A DNA stretch of 64,000 nucleotides from a virus, in IMG/VR virus record IMGVR_UViG_3300020051_000004; one strand, 5' to 3'. Shown here in pieces: positions 43,336 to 55,040 of this stretch. Below the pieces are notes generated by a model. That model did not search any database. It was not told where the DNA came from and saw only the letters and a list, made by a program, of their open reading frames with translations. Within the stretch, counting starts at the first letter, position 1. Each line of letters starts with the position of its first letter. The translations under genes and the position numbers were made by a program.

Positions 43336-43664
43336 CGTTTGTAAATAGCTTGACAATGTTCACGGCTAATGGTATGTTCACGTACGCATGAACACTTTAA
43401 AATTTATTCGCAGCGCTCAAACAGAGCTTTTGGCCACGCCCGCAAAGCAATGGGCCGAAACTTTTGTTCGTTTGAGAATGAGATTTTGCCGAGAGCATTC
43501 TAATGGTTATATTTTTAGCACAAGATTTGGTGCATCGTTCTTTGATGAAGTTGCTGATTTACTTGTTAGCGGCAAAAATTTACAACCAGAAAAAGATCAA
43601 AAACTTGGAGAATATGATGAAAATTTCAATCGCTGGTTAAAAGTCGCTAGAACAATGAAATAAC

Positions 43665-43698
43665 TTGACGGGCGAAAATAATTAGTTATAATAAATCC
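43665..43698 (+). promoter_or_regulatory. sigma70-type leaderless promoter
   Basis: TTGACG-16-TATAAT-6nt-ATG(43699). Confidence 0.8.
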
Positions 43699-44670
43699 AT
43701 GAACGAACCATTTAAAAATTTGACTGGGCAAGTTAGCCTAAAGAACAAATTGTCATTTCACCTAGAGTCATTCAAACAAGGTGCGCCGCTTCCTCACTTT
43801 TTGTTTACGGGGAGCAAAGGGGGAGGCAAGTCGCAGTTTGCCAAGCAGTTAGCAGTTGAGATTAAAAAAGTAAATTCATCATTTGAGGGACATTTAATTA
43901 ACTGCGCTACGATCAAAAATGTCAATTCCTTTTATGAGCAAATTTACCAGCCAAAGATAGAAGGAAAACACTGTATCTGTCTTTTGGATGAGGCCCACAA
44001 TTTACCCGATATTATTCAAAATCTTTTATTAACAACAATTGAGGTTGACGATAAGATTGAGCGTATCATTCCTACTGATAGTGGGGACATGAGAATTAAT
44101 ACTCTACAGCACATTTTTGTGTTTATGAGCAGCGAACCCGACCGTTTGTTTTCTCCGCTTCGCGACAGAATGGAAATCATGGCCCTAGCTGGCTACAAAC
44201 CTGAAGACCTCGGTCAAATCCTAGTTAAAAGCTGCAAAGAAATCGCCTTCGATGAAGGAGCGGTAGGAGTTATTTGCGACTCTCTCAGGGGAAACCCTCG
44301 CGATGCTATCAAAACAGCAAACGGTATTAAAAAATACTGCCTAATCAGCAAATCCAATACTTTCACCTCTGACGACTGGCAAAAATATTGCCTGATGAAC
44401 GACGTTAAGCCGTTCGGCCTAAATTCAGGGGAGATTCAAATTTTGCGCGTCTTAGCTCAAAACGGACATTGTTCATTAAATGATCTTCGCGGCGCAACAG
44501 GAATTTCAAGAACAGCCATCATGAACGACCTAGAGCCGTTCCTCTTGTACAAGCATTTTATCAAGATCGACGGGAAGCGAATAATTACAGAAAAAGGCAA
44601 AAAAGTTTGGGCCACCGTTGAAGCGTTTATAAATCAATCTCGAAACAACTTGACGGGCGAATTAATTTAA
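43699..44670 (+). CDS. ruvB: RuvB-like AAA+ ATPase (Holliday junction branch-migration motor)
   Basis: F..L.GQ..LK..L, HFLFTGSKGGGKS, LLDEAH, SPLRDR, RGNPRDA, LEPFLL...FI....RIITEKG. Confidence 0.8.
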   Translation: MNEPFKNLTGQVSLKNKLSFHLESFKQGAPLPHFLFTGSKGGGKSQFAKQLAVEIKKVNSSFEGHLINCATIKNVNSFYEQIYQPKIEGKHCICLLDEAHNLPDIIQNLLLTTIEVDDKIERIIPTDSGDMRINTLQHIFVFMSSEPDRLFSPLRDRMEIMALAGYKPEDLGQILVKSCKEIAFDEGAVGVICDSLRGNPRDAIKTANGIKKYCLISKSNTFTSDDWQKYCLMNDVKPFGLNSGEIQILRVLAQNGHCSLNDLRGATGISRTAIMNDLEPFLLYKHFIKIDGKRIITEKGKKVWATVEAFINQSRNNLTGELI

Positions 44671-45705
44671 AATATATTACTGCATGAATAAAAAGTTTAC
44701 AGTAGTTCAATGGTCAACTTCAACATCTTCTTATGGTGGTTATGGAGTTTGCAATAAATTCGTCTTTTCAACTTTAGTAAAAGCCAGAACATTCGTCTTA
44801 AAAGCGCCGCTACAGTCAAGTGGAGATTGGCCCCATCTATTCAAATACCAGATAGAAGATGAGTGCGGCAAAATATATGGAATCCTCTCTCCTAAAGAGG
44901 TCAAAACACTAAACCTCCTGAAAGAAAAATTAAAAAGAACAGGTGAAAAGATTTGACGCGCCGCCAAAAATAATTTAATCTACCTCCATGAAAACCTTCG
45001 ACCAACCAATCAACGGAACTTACGGACTGTCAATCTCTGACGACGATGTTTGTTCAACTTGTCAGTTTTGTGTTTACAACTGCGGCGAATTAAGTTTTTG
45101 TAAAAAAGACTGGCCGTGCGAACCAGACGAAGACCTTCAAATCAGAAGTTGCCCAGAATATCGGGCAAATCAAAATGTTACTGAGAATGATTGACATGAA
45201 CCTTCTGCTAGCAATCTACCATCTTGGGCTAAAAAACGGCTACCGTTACTGGAAAATCAGTCGTTACTACTCAAAACATCCTGATGAACTAGAAGAGTTT
45301 ATCAAAACAATGTTCCACATGGCGATTCTTGAACCACATGAGCCTTGGTTAGATTTCGCTAAGCAATGTCAAAAGTCACTCGATAAATACAAGTTGACAA
45401 GTGGGAAATAGCTCGTAAGTTATCAAATGAACAACGAACACATTTTTTCTTATTACGACAACGGGGAAATAACGAAAGATGAGCAAGAGCGGCGAAACAT
45501 TTTTCTTGAAAATCTCTTAATGATCGCTTTAATGATTAAGTACTTATGACAATCGAACAACTCGTCAAACTTGGTTTCTGGGAACAGTTTTACCAAAATA
45601 AGGCTGGCCAAAAATTTCCAGTCACAGAAGAAACAAAAGCCACATTCTTCTCAAACAAGGATACAAAAGACTGGAGCTTAGTTAGCAAAAAGGTGAAAAA
45701 ATAAT

Positions 45706-45739
45706 TTGCGCCGCAAATAATTATTGATACACTACCAAC
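45706..45739 (+). promoter_or_regulatory. TTGCGCCGC-class leaderless promoter
   Basis: TTGCGC-cgcaaataattattga-TACACT-6nt-ATG(45740); near-identical copies at 46161 and 54334. Confidence 0.75.
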
Positions 45740-46159
45740 ATGAGACAACAAGACATTGCCTACGAGTTAGCTAAGAAGGGCCACGAAGGACAGTTTAGGC
45801 GCGATGGGGTCACTCCGTATCTTAATCATGTTTTAGACGTGGCTAGAATCGCTCAAATGAGGGGCGGAAATGATGATGTAATCGCAGCGGCAACGGCCCA
45901 CGACCTCCTTGAAGACTCAAGTTTTTCTAAGTTTGACCTCTTGAATGCTGGATTGTCTCAGGTTGTAGTTGATGCTGTGATTGATTTAACTCATCTTCAC
46001 GAAGGAGAGTCTTACGAACAAGCAATTCTAAGAGCTAAGAACAACCCTATTGCCCGTCAAGTTAAGATTGCAGATAATCTCTCCAATCTATCTGACGCTC
46101 CTACTGACAAGCAGATTCTCAAGTACGCGAAGAGTTTACAGACATTAATGCAGGAATAA
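45740..46159 (+). CDS. HD-domain small alarmone hydrolase (SpoT/Mesh1-like)
   Basis: HEGQFRRDG.TPY.NH...AHDLLED...V..LT...VKIAD..SNL. Confidence 0.85.
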   Translation: MRQQDIAYELAKKGHEGQFRRDGVTPYLNHVLDVARIAQMRGGNDDVIAAATAHDLLEDSSFSKFDLLNAGLSQVVVDAVIDLTHLHEGESYEQAILRAKNNPIARQVKIADNLSNLSDAPTDKQILKYAKSLQTLMQE

Positions 46160-48856
46160 GTTGCGCCGCAAATAATTCTCTGATATATTGTTCCATGGAC
46201 AAACGCATCATCACTCACAAATGGGGCAACAATCCCACCAACGACGAATACACAAACTCCAACGGTTTCATCATTTCGTCTGGAACTTACGATAGGTCAA
46301 TCTCTTTCTTCAAAAAACTAGCAAGAGAAGCAAAAAAAGACTTTCCGTTTTTGAAGGATAGCGATATTGAGTGTTTTGTAATCACTCGGTCAACTTACAA
46401 TAAAGGTTTCGGCGGCATTAAATTTTCTCTGCCAAGCAACACAAAAAAGGCTGGATACTACCAAGGATCAAAAATCGACTTCGACTGGAACTAATATGCT
46501 GACAAAAACAACCTACAAAGAACGCGCCGCTTTTCAATCTGCCGCAGATTATTTATTTGGCCGCGAAAAAGTTTTCACTATTGGCCGATCATGCGAGTGG
46601 CAAATTGAATTTTTCAATCGAGTTCTTAAACCAAAGAAAAAAAACCTACTGACAATCTTAGCTGATGCTGCTAGACTAGAGAACGAACGAGAAGTTCTTT
46701 CAATTCTCTATACACTGGAACCGTGCGAAGAGATTGTCGAAGAACCAATTGAAATAAAAAACCCCAAACAATATGCCGAATTCTTTGACATTTCAGAGGA
46801 AGAGGCGAAGGAAATTTACAAATGAGAATTTTAGAATATAAACCAAGAAGCGGCGGAATGTTCCATGATGTTGCTAAAGAAGCTATTGATTTTGCCCGAA
46901 ACAATATTTGTCGCGACATGCAGCCAGTAGCGGCGTCATTTACGTTTAACGGCATAGAAATCTTGGCCCGCTCCGATTCTTCAGTTAGCAACATTTGTTT
47001 GATTTACGACTTGCAAAACGAAATCCGCCGATTAAAGTAACAACATGAAAGACTTCGACCTCCAAAAGTTTAAAGAAAACTGCCAAACTCTCTTAACTCG
47101 CGCCGAAAAAAGAATTGCCGATTTAAAGGAGGGAGTAGCTAAAAAATTGCAACCACAATTCTCCGACAAATTTAGCGTTGAGGAATTGGATGACACTGCC
47201 AATATAATTGGCACTGCAACTGGTTACGCCAAAATCATGAGAAAAATGTTGGAGGCTCACGAACAGGTTGACAGTTTAACCCTGGCTTTGTATCTCGGGC
47301 GTCATTTAGCGGGTAGTTCTCGCGATACATGGAGCGGACGAGGAAATGATTTGCGCCGCTCTGTGATTGACGGAGAAAAACAAGCTGCGAGGGATATTTT
47401 TGATTTGATTGAATACGAATCATGCCTTAGTTTGTAACATGGAAACACTAGAACAAATCATTAACACAATCCTGAGTGACTATGCCGTTGACGGCATTGT
47501 TAAAAACAAAGGAGAAGATTGGGCCGTAATCAATGACGACGAGTTGACTTTTAGAGTTAATTATTGCTTGACTACCCTCAAACACTGCATTAGCGTTGAC
47601 AATAGAAAGTGCTTCAACAAAGACAGCCAATGCCCCGTCCATTTTACTCTTGACTTGTCGAATCGCAAAAAAGATCGTTTGCGCCAAGCTCTCAAGTTTT
47701 TGAGGACCAAAGAAGGAGAAAAAGCCAGCGCCACATTTAATTGGACGGGCTGGGATGAGTTTGGTGGCCATGTTAGGGATGAATTTTACAGAGATTAGTG
47801 ACTATGAGCTACCCAAAATCCAAGAAAACAGCCAAACTTTACGCTGATTATTTATCGGACTTGCACAACAAAAAGTTCCTACCTATTGAGCGTAAAGATA
47901 AAATCAAAAACCCATTTACAATTAATTTCGCCGCCGCTGAAGAAGGGGAAGAATTGACGGATTTCATTACAAACGGGTGGGAAATCATAGAGTAAAATAA
48001 CACATGACTCCAGAACAATTCCAAGCCTACTGTCTTGCGCAATCAAATTACTGGATTGCCTACGCAAATACACCAATGAACAAAAAGAGAAAAGTCTATC
48101 ATCTAGGCTATCTATTGACAGAGGATGAACTCATTGAAGATGCTTTTAATACAGCCAAACAACACCTTGACAATTACTGGAAGTCATGTAATGGTATTGA
48201 GGTTTAAATCCATAGGATTTTAACAACTTCTGGAAACAAACAGCCACAGAACAAATGAAAAAGTTTGGGCCGCTTTAAATTATGAACATTCACCCAAATG
48301 AAGCAAAAAGCCACGAATATGGTTGGACAAGAGATGGTACAGAGGAATTTTGCTCAGAACCATCAACGAAAAGACTAGCTGAGTTATTAATCGCCGACAT
48401 GAGGAAACAACATTCATTCAGCGAGTCAATTAGATTCTTTGTTAGAGAAACAAAAGAGTGGGCTGAATAAAAAAAAACAACTTGCGCCGCTCAATAAATT
48501 AATCTACCTTCCAACATGCAACTAATCATCCCCGTTCGCTTAGAGTTTAAATACAACCAGTACAAACACGCAGGTTGTATGCAAAATAAGTTTCGCAACA
48601 ATGAAATCTCCTTAATTGGAAACATTCGTGCGGTAGTTTGCGACTCGTTTGGCGAGGGTATGCAAATGCTAAAAAGCGACATTACCAGCTGGATGGCACC
48701 ATTGCTTGAGTGTGGAGTCACGATGAAAGACTTCTCCCTTGTTTATTCAAGCAACAACATTGAAAACGGGCGAGTTTGGGCGTCAACGTCAGTTGTTTCT
48801 TGGGAAAGTTTTGATTAACAATTTGACACGCCGCAATAAATAGTTTAAAATAACCT

Positions 48857-49300
48857 ATGAACAAAAACATCCTTGATAGCCGCGACCTTATTGAGAGAGC
48901 CGAAGAACTTTTATATTACTTTGAAAACTGGAAAACAGATTTAACAGACGACGAAAAGGCCGATATGGTTGATAAATTTGGCTACGAATCATTCTCGAAC
49001 TTTGAGCACGAAGAATTGCTTCAGTGGTGGCAAGATTCAACCTCAGAAGGGGAGGAACATCGGTCAATCGTTAGTCTTTCAGATGAATTTGGTTCTAGCC
49101 AGTGGGAAGACGGCATCACTTTCGTCAAAGACTATTATTTTGAGGATTACGCCCGAGAATTTGCCGAAGATATCGGCGCAATCAGCGGAGACGAACGCTG
49201 GCCTGCCACTTGCATCGACTGGGAAAAGGCGGCTAGCGAATTGAAGTATGACTACTCTAGTGTGGAATTTGACGGAGAAACATATTGGTATAGAGAATAG
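48857..49300 (+). CDS. acidic ArdA-like (antirestriction/DNA mimic) protein
   Basis: Very D/E rich; C-terminus FEDYAREFAED.G......P..CIDWEKAA.EL..DY resembles the ArdA C-terminal domain. Confidence 0.55.
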   Translation: MNKNILDSRDLIERAEELLYYFENWKTDLTDDEKADMVDKFGYESFSNFEHEELLQWWQDSTSEGEEHRSIVSLSDEFGSSQWEDGITFVKDYYFEDYAREFAEDIGAISGDERWPATCIDWEKAASELKYDYSSVEFDGETYWYRE

Positions 49301-50660
49301 TTATGGAAAAACACTACGCACTCTATTGGCTCAATGGCGATAATTTTAAGTCTATAGTAATCGACACGACGGGAGTAAAAACCCAAGAACAAATTCTGCG
49401 CGAAATAAACAAATAATTTGACGGGCCGCAATAAATAATTTAAAATAACCACATGATTAACAAACCACTCAACCCAGACGCCTTTCGGGAATTTAAATTC
49501 CGCAAATGGATTCACTCAAGACTCGGAACCACTGGTATCTGGATGGACGATTACCAGAAAATGAATTGGCGTCAAAAACTCGCTTTTCACCTTTTTGGAA
49601 GCGTTGTAGAAAATTTTCGCCCGAAGTTTAAATTGTATCTTGATTTGGAGGAAGTAAAGGGTTAAATAATGCCTTATTAACATGCATTACCTATCCGCCA
49701 CCATCCATCTCGGCCATGGATTACAGAAAACAATCACCGACTTAGTGGTTGACTGCCCCTCAAAACGAGCCGCCAAACAAAAATACTATCTTTTCTTGAA
49801 AAAAGAGTTGCCAGAGTGGCAAAAAGTTGGTAAGGTGTCAGTCTTATGAACACGCTGCAAATCTTCTACGACTCTGAGGCTGGGAACAGTGATAATGCAG
49901 AACTTCTGCGTTTCGGAGGCTGTGAACGGCTTAGAACAGGCTGGTACACCATAAGCTATCGTGGAGTCAACCTTGACAACTCAACAATTTGCGCCGCAAA
50001 AAGAAATAAAAAGGGTGAATTTGTTTTGCCTCCAAAATGATCTTGACCTTGTTTAGAAACCCGATACATTAATCACATGGAAATCTTCATCCTCGAATGG
50101 TTTGACTACAAACTTCACAGAAAAGACTTTATCCGAGCCTATTCTTCCCTTGAGCTTGCAATGGAAGTAACTCCGAAACCAAAGGACAAAGACGGCCAAT
50201 TCACCATTATCAAAACAACTCTCAATACTGGTGGATACGAAACGCTCTTTGAAAGAGTTATTTATTCATGTGGCGAGGATTTGGGATGGAGCGCCGTTGG
50301 AAGTTTTGATCTTTAATTGGGTGCTAAAAATTTCTGGAATTAATTTGACAACCCTTTAAGCTCAGACTATACTACCAATATGAACGAAATCGAACCTCGC
50401 ACAACCAAAAGCCTTCAATCTAAAACTTGGAGCGCCGCCCCTACTAAAGCAAAAAAGAACCACTGGAACTACCTCCCTGCAAAACTGCGTGGCCAACTTC
50501 CAGAAATTTCTTCAACCATTAAGCCAAAAACTTTTGGTAGCAAAATTTACAAACTTGGACCATACGAGGGGAGTCTTGAAGAACTGAAAGAATTTGCGGC
50601 CTTTAAAGGGTTGACAACCTTGACTAACGGCGCGATTCGTTATAAGGTGGCTTAACAATT

Positions 50661-50793
50661 TGACTGCTAACGGCGGAAATGGAGGCATCTAACAGCCTCA
50701 CGAAACACTAGGGGAGATGGAGCGAAAGCTTAGAAGTTCATGATCCTAGAGAGTCGGAAAAGTTCTCGAAAAGAATACTCCCGTTAGCAGTCA
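50661..50793 (+). ncRNA. putative structured ncRNA B (133 nt)
   Basis: Perfect 13-bp closing stem TGACTGCTAACGG/CCGTTAGCAGTCA with three internal arms; upstream TTGACT(50621)-17-TAAGGT promoter. Confidence 0.72.
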
Positions 50794-50831
50794 TTAACAA
50801 ATTTGTTTAAGGTGATTCCTTAAACGAAAAC

Positions 50832-50921
50832 GAGCGCGTGGCGGAATAGTAGACGCGGCGCATAGTAGGACGCCAAAACCGAAACGTGCTTGCATTGCAC
50901 GTTCAAATCCTGCCGCGCTTT
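50832..50921 (+). ncRNA. tRNA-like RNA with an elongated non-canonical anticodon arm
   Basis: Acceptor GAGCGCG/CGCGCTT; Leu-type D arm GCG-GAATAGTAGA-CGC; T arm GCACG-TTCAAAT-CCTGC (one mismatch); central arm GCAT-AGTA-GG..CC-GAAAC-GTGC. Confidence 0.65.
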
Positions 50922-52955
50922 TAAATCTAAAAATTCAGAAGCCCTTTGGCTCTTGAGAATTAACAAATGGATTTCCTTTTCTTCTTTTTTGTTGTAGCAG
51001 TGGCAGGGTATTTTATTTTTCATTAATTGGTTGGTTGGCTAACTAAAACAAGCAAATTACAATATGAAGTTCAAAAACGCTCAATTTGTTGACACGATTA
51101 GTTATTGTTTGTCTTTTGAGATGAACAGAAGATTGTATGATAAATTTTGTGCTTATTCAAAAACTGGTGCGCGACGTTATATTCCAGAGTCTTGTTTAGA
51201 AGACTTTAACTCAGGTCATAAACTTCTCTTTGCTAAAGACGTGTCTGATGGGTTTGATGGAGACACAAATTTTCGTGTTGAGGTATCAATGGATGCCGAC
51301 AAAGCGCGGCCCATAGAAGAAATTAAAAAGATTTTACTTGATCACTTGAATAGCTGGATTAAAGTAAACCTATGAATAAAACACTCTACCAAGTCAACTG
51401 GTCAACAGAAGAAATAGAAACCGCCGTTCTTCTTGACGAAAATAACTTGAATGAAGGAGCCTTAAGAGAAACATGGCTTTGTATAGATTCAAGTGGGCGA
51501 AAGTTTAGCTGCTCAAAAGGAAGCTGGCAATTTTCAGAGCTTGCAGCATGGCAAGAATATCAGGCAGAGCTAGAAGAAAATGAAAGAGCCGTATTTGAGG
51601 CGCTTCTTGACGCTCAGAATTGCTACGAAGAGGCAACAAACGCCCTACTCAGCGCCAAACAAAAGGTGCAAAATTTAAAAGACGCGCAAAATAAAAATTA
51701 ATTTGACGCGCCGATTAATTTTGGTAAATTAAACCTATGAACAGTTTCCAAAAAACCATCTCACGGATATTAGTTTCCGCCGACTTAGATATTTCGAGCA
51801 GAGAAATATTAGAAATGAGCGATGAAAACTTTCGCGCACTCTTATTTGGTAATTTGCAAAGTCAATTTCCTGACTTGACGCCTGAAATCTACAGAGAGGT
51901 TCTGCAACACTACAAAGATAACCCCTCATCTTTAACGCTGAAAGATCATATTGGTTGGTATTTTGAATCTCGAAAAATTCTTGACGACAAAGAAGGTTTT
52001 AAAAAGCGAACTGAAAGAATCTGGGAATTTCAGCGTGGCAATGAAGAAATTTGTCTTTCGGTATTAAATCGGGAATTGTGGCCGCCTCATCGCTTCAAAA
52101 AGTTTCCAGTCGAGGAGAAATAAAAACAATTAATTGTTGCGCCGCGAATTAGTCTCTCTATATTAACACTATGAATGACGAGAAAAAAGGCGAACTCATT
52201 GCCTCAATTACAAACAGCATCCTTTCAACTCTCCAACGTCAAGACTTTGCAGATTGGTATGGTGATGGCGGACGTTTCGACGCATTTCTTCGCGGCGGGG
52301 AAGAAATGGAGAAAAGATTTGGTACTTCAAATTATCGAGTCGCAGAAGTGTTGATTATGCAAGATATTCAAAAGATGTTTAATTTGATTTGACGCCCCCC
52401 AATAATCTGATATACTAATCGCATGACTAAACCAAAACACCTCTCCGACGAATCCTGGGCAATAATTTCTCGCCCTGAGAATAAGTTTCAGCAATTTTTG
52501 TTTGGATTTGGGGAAACTGGCGAGACGGTAGAAAGTCGCGGCGCGGTTTTTAAATTTGTGGGAAATTTTGCCCGTAAGAAAGATGCTGACGCTTTGAAGT
52601 CGGAAACGCGGAAAGTTCACCCTTATCTTTACGGGAAGCTAAAAACAGGATGGGCAGTGATTGAAAAAATTTGACGCGCCGATAAATTTTATTATATTAA
52701 ACGCATGAGTACAACAATCTACGCACGCAAAGAGCCCACTACAGACAGTATCCTTCTTAACCTTGCGCCAAAAGCTAAAAAATTTGACGTAATTCTTTAC
52801 TCCGACAATCAGGGTAAATATAAAAAAGGAATCTATCGTTGGGATATGAGCAGCAAACCAACGCGGCGCAACAAATATGTCATGCACAACTGTTTCAGGT
52901 ATAAACTTGAGTGGATTTAAGTTGACAGCGGCCAAAAATAGTTTAAATTAACACC

Positions 52956-53621
52956 ATGAACAGACTCGCCTTCTTCTTCCCTGCTAAAATCGTCTTTGCT
53001 GAATCCGCCATTGAGCTAACGCCACACGAAGGAAAACACCCTGTTTACCTTGGTCCAATCGGGCGCAAGTATTATTTCAAAACAGACAAGGGTAAAGTCG
53101 TTTTCGAGCGTATTGAAGACGATAAACGCCAAGTATTCTTGAAGGTGAAAGATTGTTTTTGTCCTTGCAATGTTTCTTTTATTGATAATATCCCGTCTAT
53201 GATTGAAACGATGGCCGACCGTATCGAGGCAAAGCTTCCAATCTGGGAAAAGGAGATTGAAAATCCCTTGGCCTACGAACAAAAGGCCGCTGAAACCCGC
53301 GCCAAAATTAATGCTGAACGCGAAGAGCAGGATAAAAGGATTGCGGCGCAAAAACTAGAGCGCGAACAAGCGGCGCAAAAAGATTACGAAGATTCTCTTG
53401 CGGTTTTTAAAGCTGGCATTCACATGATTGAATGGGGCCACTTCGAGCGAGCCTGTAAAGAAAACAATGTTAAGCTGCCAATCAAAACACTAGGCTTTGG
53501 CCGCGCAAACGTGGCTAAAATCGGCCAGACTGGCTACTCAGTGCATAGCAGTAGCCACAATTCACCCGTATTATGGGCAGCGATTCAAGAATTGTCGGAA
53601 AAATTACTTGTGGCGCAATAA
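52956..53621 (+). CDS. hypothetical protein (221 aa)
   Basis: ORF behind TTGACA(52922)-16-TAAATT. Confidence 0.7.
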   Translation: MNRLAFFFPAKIVFAESAIELTPHEGKHPVYLGPIGRKYYFKTDKGKVVFERIEDDKRQVFLKVKDCFCPCNVSFIDNIPSMIETMADRIEAKLPIWEKEIENPLAYEQKAAETRAKINAEREEQDKRIAAQKLEREQAAQKDYEDSLAVFKAGIHMIEWGHFERACKENNVKLPIKTLGFGRANVAKIGQTGYSVHSSSHNSPVLWAAIQELSEKLLVAQ

Positions 53622-53641
53622 ATTATCACTATATTACTAAC

Positions 53642-53923
53642 ATGACTCTAACACCTGATCAATTCGAGAGCTTCCAAGATTTAGCTTGGAACATTAACGG
53701 CGAAGTTTATGAAAATTATAGTGGCCGTCGTATGTACGGCAAAACCTGCTTAGGTATCACAGTCGAAAATCTAAACAAAGCGTTATTTAGCCTTGGCAGA
53801 TACACAGCAGAGCCGTTTGATGAAGATTTGGCAAGCGCCGTTGAAAGATTTGAAACTGACAACATGGACCGCAGTTACATTATTTATTTTCCAAAAATTC
53901 AGAAAGCAGTTGACGGCGAATAG
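53642..53923 (+). CDS. phage hypothetical protein (YSGRxMYG motif)
   Basis: YENYSGRRMYGKTCLGI...DNM...IIYFP; start reassigned to the promoter-proximal ATG. Confidence 0.65.
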   Translation: MTLTPDQFESFQDLAWNINGEVYENYSGRRMYGKTCLGITVENLNKALFSLGRYTAEPFDEDLASAVERFETDNMDRSYIIYFPKIQKAVDGE

Positions 53924-54623
53924 TTTTTGTGCTAAAATAACCCATGATTCTAAAAACCATCCATTATCGCGATCATGTTATCGAGCTAACCCCTAACTGG
54001 TGGACTTGTTTCATGATCAACCATGGAACTCTAAAAAGCGATACTCTACAGGGTATCAAGTCTAAAATTAGAGAATTGAGCGAAAAATAGTTGCGCCGCG
54101 AAATAATTTGCTAATATTTAATCATGAAATACTCAACAATAAACAAATTCTCTTTCGAGAAAGACGAATTGAAAGAATTTTCACCTATATCCCTTCTTCT
54201 TGCAAGCGAGCTTATCAGGGAGAATGGCGAATTGCCAATTTTTGAAAAAGGTAAAATTTACAAAATAACAATCGAAGAGGCGCTAAGTAGCGATAGTGAA
54301 ACTTAAAAACAAGGAAATTTTGAAATAAATAACTTGCGCCGCAAATAAATCTCTGTACAATTCTACCATGAAACTTAACCAATGCACCCTCGGTAAACTC
54401 GTCATCACAGAAGATAAGAAGGTTGGTCATATTGTCGGCCTTACTTATAATATTTCTCTTGACTTAACTGGTTATATGTCGGACCAAGAGAAGTTTGAAA
54501 GAACTATTCCCCTTGTGAGGTTCCCTGATGGAGAGCGCGGCATTCATTACTCGAATTTAAGTGAATTTAAATAATTTTGGCATTTAATCTTGACTGTCTC
54601 TAATAACCTGCTAATTTACCAAT

Positions 54624-55034
54624 ATGACTGACTACCAACAACAAGCTACCGACTTCCTCGCTAAACACAACATTGCCTTTTCCTTTAAACTGACAAACAC
54701 CAAAACGCCAGACTGGGAAAATAATGGCCAACAGAGAAATCACTTTGTCGCTACCCTTAAGCAAGGCAAAAAGAGAATGTCGTTTGATTATTTTGATTCA
54801 ATCAAGAATTTTGAAAGCGGCAAGACAGAAATCACCGCTTATGATGCCTTGACCATTTGTTCGTCCGAAATTAACTGCCCTGACTCGTTTGAAGATTTTT
54901 GTGGCGAATTTGGATACGATGAAGATTCGCGCAAGGCCGAAAAAACTTTTCGCGCCCTGAAAAAATCTTCAGATAAACTGAAAAAATTCTTTGACACTGA
55001 GGAAATCCGAGATGATCTTTCGGAAATTCAGTGA
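54624..55034 (+). CDS. phage hypothetical protein
   Basis: SFEDFCGEFGYDEDSRKAEK motif; own promoter at 54590. Confidence 0.65.
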   Translation: MTDYQQQATDFLAKHNIAFSFKLTNTKTPDWENNGQQRNHFVATLKQGKKRMSFDYFDSIKNFESGKTEITAYDALTICSSEINCPDSFEDFCGEFGYDEDSRKAEKTFRALKKSSDKLKKFFDTEEIRDDLSEIQ

Positions 55035-55040
55035 ACAATT

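Noticed and set aside
43184-43381. 65-aa minus-strand ORF (likewise 50820..51023)
   Set aside because: Both overlap structured-RNA elements on the opposite strand and lack coding hallmarks.
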